The notes below the pieces were generated by a model that saw only the letters and a program-made list of their open reading frames with translations, searched no databases and had not been told where the DNA came from. From NCBI GenBank assembly GCA_017654855.1, contig CM030338.1:124001-188000 (forward strand): a stretch of 64,000 bases of DNA, written 5' to 3'. A program made the translations under genes and the position numbers. Below are positions 26,001 through 39,081 of the stretch, one piece after another. How positions within the stretch are numbered: the stretch's first letter is position 1; the number at the start of each line of letters is the position of its first letter. The DNA is from Podospora anserina (Eukaryota).

Positions 26001-28256
26001 AAGCCTTGCCGGTTTCAGTAGTAGGAGCAAACTGGATGGGATTTTTGGCAATGCCATGGGCATGGCATGACGGCTCGTGAAATTCGGTAGGTCCGGTCTG
26101 CAGCTGCCAAATATTGTGCCCAAGGGATCGAGCTTCCCCTCTTTCTCCTGGCCCGCCAACGGACTGGAGTGCCATTCTTCCTGTATTCGGCGCGGCAAGT
26201 TCCTTGCTAGAACACTGTTGTGCGTCAATGATGGTGTGGATGTCGCAGAAAGTGTCGACCGAGCCACATCCCAATGATCCCCCACCACGCACCGGTGAGA
26301 AAGGATTGGTCCTCATTGTGTCTAAGACTGCCCCTGTAGGCAGTCTGCCCACCGATTAAAATTGCTTGTCTTTTGGCTCGACAGGGGATTTTCCAAGTTT
26401 TGAGTTGCATGCTGAAAAGACCAGACCATTGCTCGCATGAGGAGTTGACACCAACCGCCAATGGGACAAGAAAAGGCCACTGTCGAACATTGAAAGAGAG
26501 AACTCTGTAAATACGCGTAAGGGTTTTTCTTCACCTAAGCTTCATCAAGTTCTCTATGAGTGTACATACAAATATCGCGAAACGATATCCGGATTTCGGG
26601 CGGAGGCATGGGCTCTGTCCCAGTCGTACCACCCATCGATATCGCCATCTATTTATTACAGGCAGGCCGGCAGTAAGCAGGCTGGTTAACGCTCATCATA
26701 CACTATCAGGACCCTTCGGAACAACAATCCCGATGCTGGATTTCGCTGGACACACAATTACTCACCATCCCACGTTCACTCGCAAAGTGCAGGACCCAGA
26801 CGGCTCGTAGAAGAGATTGGTCTGCGTCTTCATGCCACATGGGTAATCTTCCCCCCCCCCTCCCCCGGTTCATAGGTCTCGTGAGCTGCAAAAACCTTGA
26901 TTTGGTGGTTTGGGGTTTGGCATTTCTGTGAAGGTATTCGGGCCCGGAGTTCACGGATGAAAGCGGTGACAAGACGGAGGCAGGGGCTCGGCACCTCGTG
27001 CTCTGAGCCAAGCACGGCAACTGGAGCTCAGGCTTCCTGGGCTCCTCCCAAAAAAAAGCGAGCCAAGAGAACGCACGCAATTGGCACTAGCACTAGGCCG
27101 GAAGAGGCATGGTCTCTGACAAGACCCATGCTTTCTATCCAATCCCTTGCTCCATGACGTCGTTGATTTGTCTCGGCAGGCACGCAAAATCGGTGATTCT
27201 GGAGCAACATCGAGAAGCTCGACTTTTCCGATCCCAGGGGCCTCTCTCTACTGTATGTACACTACTGTGCACTACTAGGTGTTGTGAAAACTCTGTCCCC
27301 CGTTCCATTGCAGTCTCAAATTTCGCGTCCACGCACCCAGCCCCTCCTTGTGGATGTGTTTGATATATGCACCTGTCATAGGTACGGAGCATCCCCTTTT
27401 GTGCTTACTGGCGCGGGCTCGTATTAAGCCAGGCCTCGGGTCCGTTGCTGTGCCCGGCGATACCTTCTTGAGCTCAGACGGCGGTGTTGATCTGGTGTGT
27501 AGCCTGCTCAAAGTTCTTTTGCAAGAAAAAGCTCGAGCCATCCTCAACCGCGGGGTTGTCAACCCCCCACCCCCCGCACAAAAAGTGTGGGGTTGTATGT
27601 TATATCCACCCAAACAGCACAGATCATTAAGACTTTAAGAGTCTGGACTGTAACCGATCCACTTCAGCGCAACCGCAAGCCTCTTGAAGACATTTGCTTC
27701 AGATGGCGCAGATTTCCCTCAACGACGACTCGCCGCGCCGCGCCGCTTGCCCGCAGTGATGCGAGAACAGGTGATCTCTTAGCGTCCCATTGTGAGGGAT
27801 GAACTCATTCATCAATGGGGAGGTCGGTGAGTGAGAGAAAAACAAATGGAAGCGCTGGCCGCGGGGCAACACCGAGGAAACCCTTGCACCACCCCACGCT
27901 GCTCAGCCGTGCTCAGAAAGTCCACTCACTGCCGTCAACAACAACCTGGAGAGGCTGTAAGCTGTATCTACTACCTAGACCGGAGTTTGATGGGCTTGGG
28001 ACGCAATCGGGGTAAGATAAGCGAGGTGATGAGAAAATCACATCATCCTTCATCAATACAGTAGGTATTGAGAAGTTCTCTGTCACCCCTCCGGTGACGC
28101 TCTGTTACCAGCACCCACGCCACACACCGACCAATTAGGTGCCATGCTTTCCACTTTGGCGCTTCGACTTGCCCTATCAGGAACCCAGCAGAATGGCGGT
28201 GAAGTTTTTGCTGTTCACTTCACCTTGAAATTGTGTGCTTGAAAGGGGCATTGATG

Positions 28257-28299
28257 CGAGGGCTCGTCATTGCGAAGACTCGTCAATGACGAGCCCTCG
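28257..28299. repeat. Perfect 16-bp inverted repeat with 11-nt loop
   Basis: CGAGGGCTCGTCATTG-(CGAAGACTCGT)-CAATGACGAGCCCTCG. Confidence 0.85.
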
Positions 28300-31200
28300 A
28301 CATTGATCGGGATAAAGCATCCATAATGTGCTCATGAAGCTGCCCAGACAGCTGGGTCGGGACCTTCTCCGGCACCGGTAAGTATGATGGGCTTGGTTCT
28401 GGTATCGTCTCAGAATGCAAACCCAGTTACTGACCTACGAGCAGAAGAAAGGCTTCGATAGTTGGCCTCGCTCGTTGGCACGGAAGTTCAAAAACCTGCA
28501 TGGCCTTGGGGACGCCTACGCATCAGGCTGAGGGCGGCTCATAACTCCGTCGACACGCCATTTTTGAGTTCTGCCGGATGGTTCAAGTTGTGCCGCCCTG
28601 AACTCCAAAGTTCGTCCCCGATTCAAGTAGCAGCTTTCCTGACCGGTGTCCCGCATCCAACCTTGGAAAGACTCGGCTTCCTGAGTCCAGTCCTGAATCG
28701 ACCTTGCTACTTCCTCAAACCGCCGCTGGACGCTGCATCCATTGGTGCAGTTCTCTACCGGTAGACAACTGGGCCAGTTGTGTCTTGTCTGGAGCAATGC
28801 CGTCCTCAACGAACAGCTCAGGCGACATAAGAGGACGCCACCATCAAGATTCCCCGGCAGCACAAGGACGTAACATCCTCACCTCCATTCTCTGGCACTC
28901 TGCAAAGCAACGGTCCCCTACGCCTAGAAGTCTTGCAGCACCAGAGTGGGAATGGCTTCCACGCCAACTTTCTTGGACGACGATTACATAACCCGTATAA
29001 TACCCTCATGCACCGACTTGCATGAGGTCGACAATCAGCTTCAACAGAACACAAGTCGTCGAAATTCCGCCGCATATCCTGCACTGTGCTGAGAGCAGCA
29101 TCACGATGTTAACAGGACGTTGGCCCAATACATGGTGGGGATTGCATCGGCAAAATCAGGGGCCCCTCATCGTGACCCCTCCTTTTTGTAATGGGAACCC
29201 AGGATGATCCTTCAAATTCTGCAGAGACAATGTCCAACGATCCAGCTCTCGGACTCGCAAGTGGAAAACACCAGAGGAAAAGCGCCGATGCCATACTACA
29301 AAGGCGTTACTATTATGTACGACATACCCTGCCCTTGGGGCGTGTCGGCAGCAATATGGAGACGGCCAGCCCGCTGTCACGACATCCAGACCATCGACAG
29401 GTCGTTCAGGGATGTCAGAAGGCCGATGAGGTCGGGACCAGGGATTCTCCCGGGTGGGGCCAAGATCGCCAGCCGTCACCTCCGGGGCCCGTCCGGCATT
29501 CAGAGCCCTTCGGCTTCCACTCACCCACCCACCCTTCCCACGATTCGACACGCGGCGCTTGGTGCACAGAACGAAGGGGCCCACTGCGCCAATTCGAGAT
29601 GCTCTTGCCTCAACCTCTGGAAAGGCACAAAGGCTGGCGCGCCTTGAAGGAGGATGAAGACTTTTTGTGTGATAGAGTCACACTACTGCAAGCTGGTTGC
29701 AATGTGACTGTCTCCTATCTACCGGTGCGCCGGTCAGACCGCTCTGCGGCGATAACCTCACTGCATGCACCCTTCTGAACCTCAACGCCACCATATGCAC
29801 CTGGTTGGTGGCTTTTTTGTCACTGCACTTAGTGTACATAGGTGTTTCTTGTTGGAAGAGTGAAATGGAGGGTCCTGCTGGTCGGTGATTTTGTAACCAG
29901 CCAAGACTTGTAAATGCATACCAAAAGTGGCGATTTCACCAACAGATTTGACATTCGGCGCATCTAATACGAGAGAAGTAAGGCTGCCACTTGGCTAGGT
30001 CTGACTAACGATCCTACCATGCAGTAGAGACCCGCTGCAAACCAGCTGAATTTTCTCCTCCCATGCACCCTCCACTGGTTCCCTCGATGCTGCCAGCAGC
30101 ACAACACAGCATGTCACTCCATGAACAGTCTTTGGTGGTTAGACCCAGTCGTGCCAGTAAACCCCACCAAGTGGCTCACCTCCTTGACCACTGCTGTAAC
30201 AAGTGGAAAACTGACTGGAGCCACCAAAAGCCAACCACCACCCGAGAACCACCGAGACCCGTAACAACAGAAGAGCCGGATATCTCGGCCGTTCCATCAA
30301 GATTCAGTGCCTAGTGTATGAGCCGGACGCACACAATGCCCGCATCCGACTGACGGTATCCTCATAGGTATGAAAGGCCGAGACGATGTGTAGTGTCTTG
30401 TACGTACTTGCAGATGCAAAACTTGCCGGTGCTGTTTTGCTGCCGGGTCGGCATGGCATTGGCAATGGCATGATATCCAAAGTGGTCTGATCTGCAGCTT
30501 TACACAAGAAAGTGGACTTTGCCTAGCCGCAGCTGGGAAGGTGAGGTGGATGGTGTTATCGCGCCTCAAAGAAGCCTCTCAAGGTTCTTTCAGGCATGCT
30601 CCAGACGTTTCCCTCAATTTCATTCATCACTTGTAAGGTATTATCGCCAACACGGTCAGCCGGGCAAGACCCAACACTCATTACATTTCCGCCCAAGATA
30701 CATCTTTGCTTTAGCCTAGCAACACTGTTGTATTCATCATTCTCTTTGTCGCTAAAGGGTCTGCCAGGTTAAGGGCGACAACATCCGGACCCTGTCAGAT
30801 CGATCGCTGGGCAGGTTCGCCCGCCCCCCGTGCCGACAGCGGCGCGGCACAGTTCTTTCAGTCACTCAGCCGCTGCCGCATGGCCATCCGACGTTGGTTT
30901 TTTGGTTTTTTTTTCTTTTTCCTCCATCCGTCCCGTTTCGCCGATGTTTCTTTAACAGCTCGGCAAGCAAAGGGTATAAAGTAAGGACGGTTCGTTATCT
31001 CCTTCAATGCCATTCGTGCAATCTTCCTTTCGCATGCCAACTCGAGGGCTTGAGATAGGCCCAGGGAAAGGGAGGGTTGCAATCCTGTTTGGCACTTTTT
31101 GGCCACCCTTTTGGTTGATTGATTTGAGGAAGATGATGAGAACTGATGGACCGCATTGCATATCTGCAGCACTCCTGCTGTCCGGCCTGCCCTTCGCGCT

Positions 31201-34200
31201 GCGAGGTGCGACCTGCGCTGCATGCCTGCTATATTAACAGCGAAGAGTGAAGCGACACACCAGGCACGAACGGTGGGAGGCTATCAAATTGCACAGATCC
31301 GATGCGACAGTCGGCAATCTTTATCCTTTTGTCTGCATTGCCTCCAAAAACCCACCCGGAACTCAGACAAGAAGGTAGGAAGGAAACTCAGACAAGAGGG
31401 TAGGAAGGAAAGCTATGGATACGGCCCCCCTCCCTGTAGGTGCAGGATGGTTGAGATGGTGTGTGGTGTGTGGGATTGCGGTTGTACTTCCCACCCTCCT
31501 GCAGGCGCGTTGGGGACTGGGGTGGGTTACTTTGCATTGGATGTCTTGGACTTGCCCGCCGCCTGCCAGTTGCACTCACGGCCATCATGGCCTGGGCATT
31601 TCGGTGGTTGTGCAAGCATCTCGCCGTTGCAACATAGGTTGGCCAATAAAGTACACATTTGGAGACGGGTGCAGATTCTCATGCTATTATCAGGAGAAAT
31701 GCTGCAAGATTGACGCTTCTGTTACCCACCACCTCCCCCTGAGAGCTCCATGGTTGGCTGCAGGCCGTAAAGGCAAAGGACATAGGGACCGTTCATGTCC
31801 ACCCACACCACCGCCAGAAGACACAAAATGACGGTCCACCGGTCGATGAATATACACCACAGTCTGGCTTTCACCGATCTGTTGCCGGTCGGTTCAGTCA
31901 TATTCGCCAAGTAACACGCTCTGAGCCTATGATTTGGAGAGATCCGGCCGGTGAGCTGATGAAGGGTGGGCGGCATTGGGGAAAAGGATTGGGTTTCTGT
32001 CAACTTCCGCCTTTCTGTTGTGGTGCACAAAAACATGGGAAGAAATACCCGACCGTCCCAACTATGCAGCAGAAATTCCAGGACTTGATTGACTACCCCC
32101 ATAGCGCAAGCTTGTCATCCAATGGCTCGTCGCGAGTGTAGTTGGTGAACACCACTTCCACACATCTGGATGGGTCGGCTCAGGGTCCCTTTCAGGGTCC
32201 TGCTTTTGACCAAGGGTCCGACTCGAGACGGGTCGCCGCGTTGTGGGTGACGGCGAGACAAGATGGAAATCATGATTTTCCCCAGTCCCCACCATCATTC
32301 TCTATTTCCTGTTTCTACGCAGTATATTTGGTTTTTGACCTACATTGGTGTGTAAACCCACGCCACTCCCTCCTCAACTTGCACCCTACACCCTTCCCCG
32401 CAAGCGTTGACACCCTTCTTCTCGCGTCCGCCCCCATTGTACGTATTTAACACGCACCCTGCCCTCCCTGGCTCGCCTCCCTCCTCCCGGGCAGCCATGG
32501 CGTTTAGGTCTCTCAGCCAATGAGCGAGCAGGCCTGCTCAGACTCACGGAGATATCTTTCGATGGGGTGTAGCATGGTGGAGACGTCTAGGGAGGCGTTT
32601 CCTTTTGGGGTCGTGGTTGCATAGGCGGTTGGATGATATGATGATTTATGATACATTTTACACGAGTGCTTGGGTCTGGGTGCTGCTCCCGGTTGCGAGA
32701 GCAAGAAATTGAAGTATGAGAGCAGTGGAAGGGATGTTGGATGGCCACCCTTTGGACAACTGTCGCACCTCATGAACTAGCCTTATCTTCCCGCCTGCCC
32801 GCCCTGTGGTGAGGACCCAACGGGAGGGGAAAAGACGTTGGCGGCGGCAGGAATAGTTGCACAAGGCAGGCAAAGAAGCCGTTTTTATCCGCTGGTAGCC
32901 CATGGCTGGAACTCTTGGGCTTGTGAAACAGAAAGTTGCTCAACGAATTCATTGCGTTTCGGCACACGAGTCCTGCTAGAAAAATGCCACATGGGTTAGG
33001 CATTCGTGGAGGGAGCTTTGGCTGCGTCTTTCAAAAAAACTGTTTGGGTTCTAGTTTGGGATATATAGGGGATTGTCGTCAAGAAGCAAACGCGAACCGT
33101 TGGCACAAACACACGGGGAGGGGCACACCTAGCACTTGACGTATAACATCCGCCCGTGACATTCATGGAGTCCTGATCTTCTTGAGGAGTGACCGCATAC
33201 CTTGGTAGTGCTAGTTCGGAGGTTGGTATGGACTAGATATGACGGTCTTCGCTGTGCTGTTTCAGACGATGGACCCCCCCACCGAGTCGAGGACACACAA
33301 GCGGAACCATGTGCGATAGGCGGATGATCTAGAAGGCTCGAAAGTTGCACAGTGGTCTGGGGTGGTGTCAATGTTATTACCGGTCAGCATGGCTGCAGAT
33401 CAGAGGGTGGTGTTGGGACAGCTCGGTGGGATGGCTTGGGGTGCACAAACGATATCAGCACAATCCAGATGCTCCCAGAACAGCAATGGAAAGAAATATT
33501 TGGGTTGCACAGACTTGAAGAAGATAGGCAGGCAGTCAGGACGGATGGTTGTAATGATGGACAAAAGCCTACATCTGTCTTCAGATCGGTATTCAGTAAG
33601 GCAGATGAATGTGGTAGGTGAGCGCAGAGTCCGGCCGCGCAATGCTGTGATGGCCTCTCGCCAACTGTCGGTAGATAGTTTAGCATCTTGAAAACACGCT
33701 ACGTTGATGCAGTCTGTATGGGTGTGATCTACCTTCCAGCGACTGATAGGAGCTGTCTTGCCGACACACCTCCCCCTTGCTGAAGGGCCAAGCATGTATC
33801 CAGTACCTTTTTGTCTTGGGGGTGTGGAAAAGACCCAACCTAACTTGCTCCCACAGAATGATCCGACTCCCTGGGTTCCATTGAGTATGCCGTGACTAGA
33901 AGCCGGTGACAAACTTCAGAAGTCTGGAAAGTTATCGAAGACTCTGTGTCGTTATGATGATGCATCAAACTGCCCAAAGACTAGCTTGATATCACATACC
34001 AACCATGTTGGCTGGCGATCACTTCACATGGCGTGTACGTTATTCCTTAAGACATCATACCAGCCCTGAAAAAAGTCTTGTGCAAAAGCCGCAAGCCCCA
34101 GGTCGTAGAGTAGTACGAGGTGGTAGGATCCCCGGCCGATACTTGATTCAACATCACTTTTCCAGTATGGCTGCAAATGCACCATGATAGTACGTTGCTC

Positions 34201-34967
34201 TTTATACGAACGACGATCTTGCTCCCATCCGTTGCATGTTACGTCTGCTACATGATTATATTAGGCCTCCATGCTCTTGATGGAACCGGGCTCTACGACT
34301 CATACGTTGCCGAGTTCCTGACAATCTTCTTGCCATCGAGGGCTGAGTGGGCCATTGATAGGACTACACAACAACACGGATGCTGATCCTCTAGTTCGAT
34401 TATTTCATCGTACATTGGGAACATGTCATAGCTCCGATCATCGGTGGACCCTTCAACGTTATCTTATGGAATTCAGGGTCCTTGTCAACTTTCTCGGCGT
34501 GCATATGCATACGGTGGCGGATGTCGATCACACAAAGCCGATCAACAACAAACGACCGCCGGCAATTTACAGCCTTCAAACCTGCCAAAGTCGAAATGTA
34601 TCTGTTTTCATCGAGGCACTGTGCTGAACTGTATGACATGGTGAATGTGATTCCTCACATACCGGTATCTCATGGCTTGGCAATAATGCCACATACCAAG
34701 AGCCCAGTTTGGGCTTCAGTTGAGTTCTTAATGCCAGTACAATGTACATCATTGCCTGGGTATCAACCGCAATTTCATCATTGGGCAACTAGCAGTGATG
34801 GGTATGTCATCATGCCTTTGCCACAGGCAGCTGGCCCCTGACCCCCCTGACAGTTGCCCAGGCAACGGACAGACATGTAAGAAAAGCGCTACTACAGCAC
34901 ACAATATCAGAGGTAGCCTTTACCTGGAAAGAAAAAAACAATGCCAAAGAATATACAGAATTTAAAA

Positions 34968-35082
34968 TGATCAGAGTGAGATTCGAACTCACGCCCCTTA
35001 CGAGACCACGGAACTCTTTTGGTGGAGTGGAATCAAGGTTGATACCTTAACGTGGCGCCTTAGACCGCTCGGCCATCTGACC
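34968..35082 (-). tRNA. tRNA-Leu(AAG) with 33-nt intron (35012-35044)
   Basis: Minus strand reads GGTCAGATGGCCGAGCGGTCTAAGGCG-CCACG-TT-AAG-G|intron|C-CGTGG, then a long variable arm and GTGAGTTCGAATCTCAC-TCTGATC-A. The mature length is 82 nt, followed by a TTTT Pol III terminator. Confidence 0.95.
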
Positions 35083-35300
35083 TTGGATAAATTGATGGAA
35101 ATCGGCTAGGACTGACTACTTTTGTGTGTAGTCGTGATTTCGAGCAGGCATGAATCGTGTATAGTTAGGGTTTTGGAAGTGGAGGCTGGTGGAGTTGGGT
35201 ATGCGATGTGTGGAGACTGGATGCGCTCACGAAGTCGCACGCAGAGAACGAGGGGCGTTGGTGAGAATCGGAATCTCAAATGCATTTTATTATATTTAGC

Positions 35301-36658
35301 TTACTTCGGGCCAGGAAAGTTTATCTCTCCACTCTTGACCAGGCCACCAAACATCACCCTCATGTCCTCAACCAAGAGCTCTGGAACTTCCCAAGCAGCA
35401 AAGTGGCCTCCCTTGTTATGCCAATTCTCAAACACCAGCGGACCCAAGGTCCGATAGTGGTAGCTTGGCGACATCAACAAGTCCTTTGGGAAGGTTGACA
35501 CGCCCAGCTTCACTCCCGGATTGTATTCCTCCACCTTCTTGGCAGTTGCCGAGTGGTAGTAAATGCGGCAGCCAGCCTTGGGCCCTGCACTGGCGAACTG
35601 GTAGATGCTGATCCAGGTAAGAATCTCGTCGTCTGTCCAGGGGTAAGAGTCTGTCCAGTCGTAGAGCTTCTCGTAGATCCACGATAACAAGGCCACAGGC
35701 GAGTCCCTCAAAGCAATGCCAATGGTGGTTGGGTTGTGGCAGTGGAGGCCGTTGTAGGCGGCACCTTCTTCCCAAAACCGGTGGGTTCGAGCCAAGCCTT
35801 CTTTTTCTCGTTTGCTGTACGTGGAAAACAGATACTTGAGGTACACAAGGGACCCATGCTGTGGGATGGTACTGATGGAAGGAGGAACGGCTAGGTTGTG
35901 GTTGATGTGACTGGCCAAGACGGCTCCAGATTTCTTGGTCGCGGACGACGACGCAGGACCATATCTGATGTCCATGAAACGTGTGATGCCGTAACCCCAG
36001 TCTCCTCCTTGTGTGGCTATGGGATGGCTGTCAGCAGCCGCATGTGCAGACAAACCAAAATGGGGAACGCACCGTAGTTTGAATACCCAAGCTTGAGCAT
36101 CAGCTTGTGACAAGATTCTGCGTACTGCTCGAGCGCAAATCCTGGCTTGGAAGGGCCAGATGAGAAGCCAAAATTGGGCAGAGATGGAGCAACGTCATCG
36201 AAGCACGGCTGATCTTGACTGTCCGGATTGGCCAAGAGAGGGAGAATTTTGGCCACTTCGATGAAGCTACCAGGTCCTATGGGAAGGTACAAGTCAGTGG
36301 GGAATGCTTGCCGATGCAGTTGACTCACATCCGTGACAAAACAAGAGGGGAATGGCTCCCAGGCGACTGCCCTTCTTGTGAACGAAGTGTATCTTGAGCG
36401 GATCGAAACCATCGACATGGATTGTTGTTGTGTACTGGGGCAAATCACGGTTCAGTACCGTCTCTCTTGCTGGCGCCAGTCGAAATCGCCCTTCAAGTAG
36501 TTGACCAGTCGCTTGATGTCACTGAGGGCAACACCACCTGCCCAATCATCGGACAAGGGTGTCTCGTCGGGGAAAGTGGCATGCTCCAGCTTGTGGTGCA
36601 GCTGGGTGATTTTGGCATCCGAAATGCTGATGTTGAAGGGCTTGATGTCGGAGTCCAT
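35301..36658 (-). pseudogene. Microsomal-type epoxide hydrolase (EHN + alpha/beta hydrolase) with an apparent +2 frameshift in exon 1
   Basis: Motifs FDWR..E, IHFVH, HGWPGSFIE (split by an intron), [16 protein letters not shown] and GGHFAAWE. After DWRQQE the frame stops (CAA GAG AGA CGG TAC TGA), while the expected [16 protein letters not shown] continues in another frame. Confidence 0.75.
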
Positions 36659-36817
36659 GTTGTGCCAGTTTGCGCTGTGTTGTTTATTGTTGGGTAGGTA
36701 TTATTCGGTCTACAACTATTTAAGTCGATTGGTGACGTCAAAGGGCGCGGTTGACAGGTGGGAAGGAGCAACTCCATTTCTGCCGATCAATACCTACTTG
36801 CACCTCCCGCTGCAGCA

Positions 36818-38415
36818 TCAGCCCAGCAATTGAGCACAAAGCCTCAGCATTACCTTAATATGGGGCCTCTCCAGATACCTCTCCACGTCGGCCTCCAACC
36901 CAGCCAGCTTTTCCTCTCTGTACTCGGCCAAATCAACATCCTCTGTGGTTGGCGGGTTGAACCGGAAGTACCACACTCCCTCGGCCCTCATCAGCTGGTC
37001 AAATCTGCGATGCACGTTTTCGACATTGGTCAGGTTCTCCAGCAGCTGCGCTCCCTTGGAGATGGCAGGATGTGACGCAATCCAGCTCCGCTTCTTTCGC
37101 GAAGGGTCAAATCTTCCTGTTCCCAGACTCAGCACACATTTGACAACCGGCTTATCTGTTATCCAGCGGGGAAACAACAGGCTTTTCTCAGCCCAGAGTT
37201 CATCCACGGGATTGTTGTTTGCTAGTGCTCCATCCCAGAACTCCGTCCTACCTATCGTTGCTGGGGGGAAATAAAAGGGCGCCGCCGATGTCGCGCGAGC
37301 AGCCTGAACGATGGTAGCCGAACTGTATGTTGGCAGTGAACCATCGGGAAATCTGTAAGAGCGAAAGCGAAGAGCGAAGTTGTCCCTTGACCTGACGGAA
37401 GTGACAAAGCTTCTTTCATCAGCAAGCTATTTTCTGCAAGGGGAGAACGGAAAGTCAATTACACTTGACACCCTTCAGTGCCTGGCACAGAGCTGTGGTC
37501 CAGCAAAGTAGCATTTGGATCTAGCCCCTGAGCAACGACCTCGTCTCGGACTGCATGCTCGAGCGACGAGCCCTCGTACCAAGATAAGCCAAACATCGTT
37601 CTGATGTAGGCACCGCCTAAATATTTAGAGATGAAGCTGGGCTGGAACAAGGTTTGTGACAATGATTTGTACGCCGTTATCGCTTCATCGATCGACATGC
37701 TCTGTAAAATGTGTTAGCCGGTGTGGTTTGTCAACATTCAGCCAACCTCTGTCACGCATAGCAAACTCACTAATCGAAAGAGCATAATGCAGATCAAGCC
37801 CCCCGTACTTGTTCCTCCAGCAAGCTTAAAACACTCCGCCGGCGTCTTTGCTTTGCTTGTCCCATTCTCTCTATTGGCATCATCCATAATGGCTTTTAGG
37901 ATTCGAAGACTGACCAGTCCCCGAACGCCTCCACCATCTATGCCCTCCGCTGTCAGCAATGCATTCTCTTTCTTTTCTGGAAATAGTGGACACGAACCAA
38001 CAGCCAGCAAAGTCAGCCCACCTGCAGGCACATTCCTAGAATTCGTTGCATCTGGCAGTGGAAACCCTCCACTTTCCTCAGGTCTGATCTCCCATTAGCT
38101 TGATTGTACGCTTGGGGGGATCCCAGAAGATTTCACCAACCCTGAAAGAAACCCGAGTGTTTTGTCTAATTTTCTTGCTTGCTCTCTCAAGTCACAAAGG
38201 CCCCTTTTCACCCGCATTTTGAACGCCTTTAATTCGTTGCCTTGGCTGACGGTAGCGTCGCAGTTATTCAATGCCATAGTATCGAAATACTCAAGGAGTG
38301 AACTGAGACAGCCTGCAACAGCATTGTGTCTCCATTTTGGATCGTCGAAATACTGATCGTGGTACAGCTCCAGGACGCGGAGTTGTAAGTCGATATCTTC
38401 TAGAACTGCGGCCAT
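36818..38415 (-). CDS. Stand-alone patatin-like phospholipase with ~110-aa helical N-terminal extension
   Basis: Motifs DGGGVRG, GTSTG (catalytic Ser), AARATSAAPFYF, FWDGALANNNP (catalytic Asp), LSLGTG and YFRFN. Four canonical introns restore one continuous frame. Confidence 0.88.
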
Positions 38416-39081
38416 GGGATGTGTTTAGTAGACTAAAAGATGAAGCCAGTCCTAATATGACTACATACGGTAGCTAGCTTCTCGCAGGTCCGGGCCATCA
38501 ATACCTGCAAAGTCCAAGTCGCGTATACAATGTCGGCAGGCATCTGCTACTTGAGCGACAAACGGTTTGCTGTGCGATGCAGTTGCAAAGACCGACTGTG
38601 TTTGTGCCATATTTTTACAATATAGGTGAGTGGTAAAAAAAAAAAAAGAAATGTCCCTCGGTTTGGTCTCCTCCAAATCATCTACATTTCGTTGATTTAT
38701 AGGTTGATGGCCATTCGTGCCCTGAGACAAGTCCCGGTGCGTGGTTCTCTGAGTGTGTGTGGAGAGTCATTGTTGGGAGGTCAGCAGGGAGTCCTGTAGC
38801 TGACCCCCATTCTGTCGGGTGATGCCACCCAAGAAATTCTTAGCTCGCGTAGGATCATAGTCTGGCTTACCATCGGGTTCTAAATACAACGCACCCCGGA
38901 CACCACTGCTGTCATGTGAGAACTAGTGAGACAAAGAGTGAGCAGCAGTATGAGCTTGAAAACCCCCATGATGAACTGAATCAAGTGATTATTTACTCGT
39001 TCATTTGATTACACATTTTTGGAGTTTATACAGCCAAAAACACCACACCCTTTACAGTTGCACTACCCTTCAAAACCAACC

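Noticed and set aside
32540-32580. Minus-strand CCACCATG...MLHPIERYL followed by a GTGAGT donor-like site
   Set aside because: I found no convincing acceptor or downstream exon.
38084-38140. In-frame TAA (38095-38097) between the N-terminal domain and the patatin core, suggesting a pseudogene or readthrough
   Set aside because: It falls inside a plausible 57-nt frame-preserving intron (GTTGGT...GCTAAT...CAG), so the gene is probably intact.
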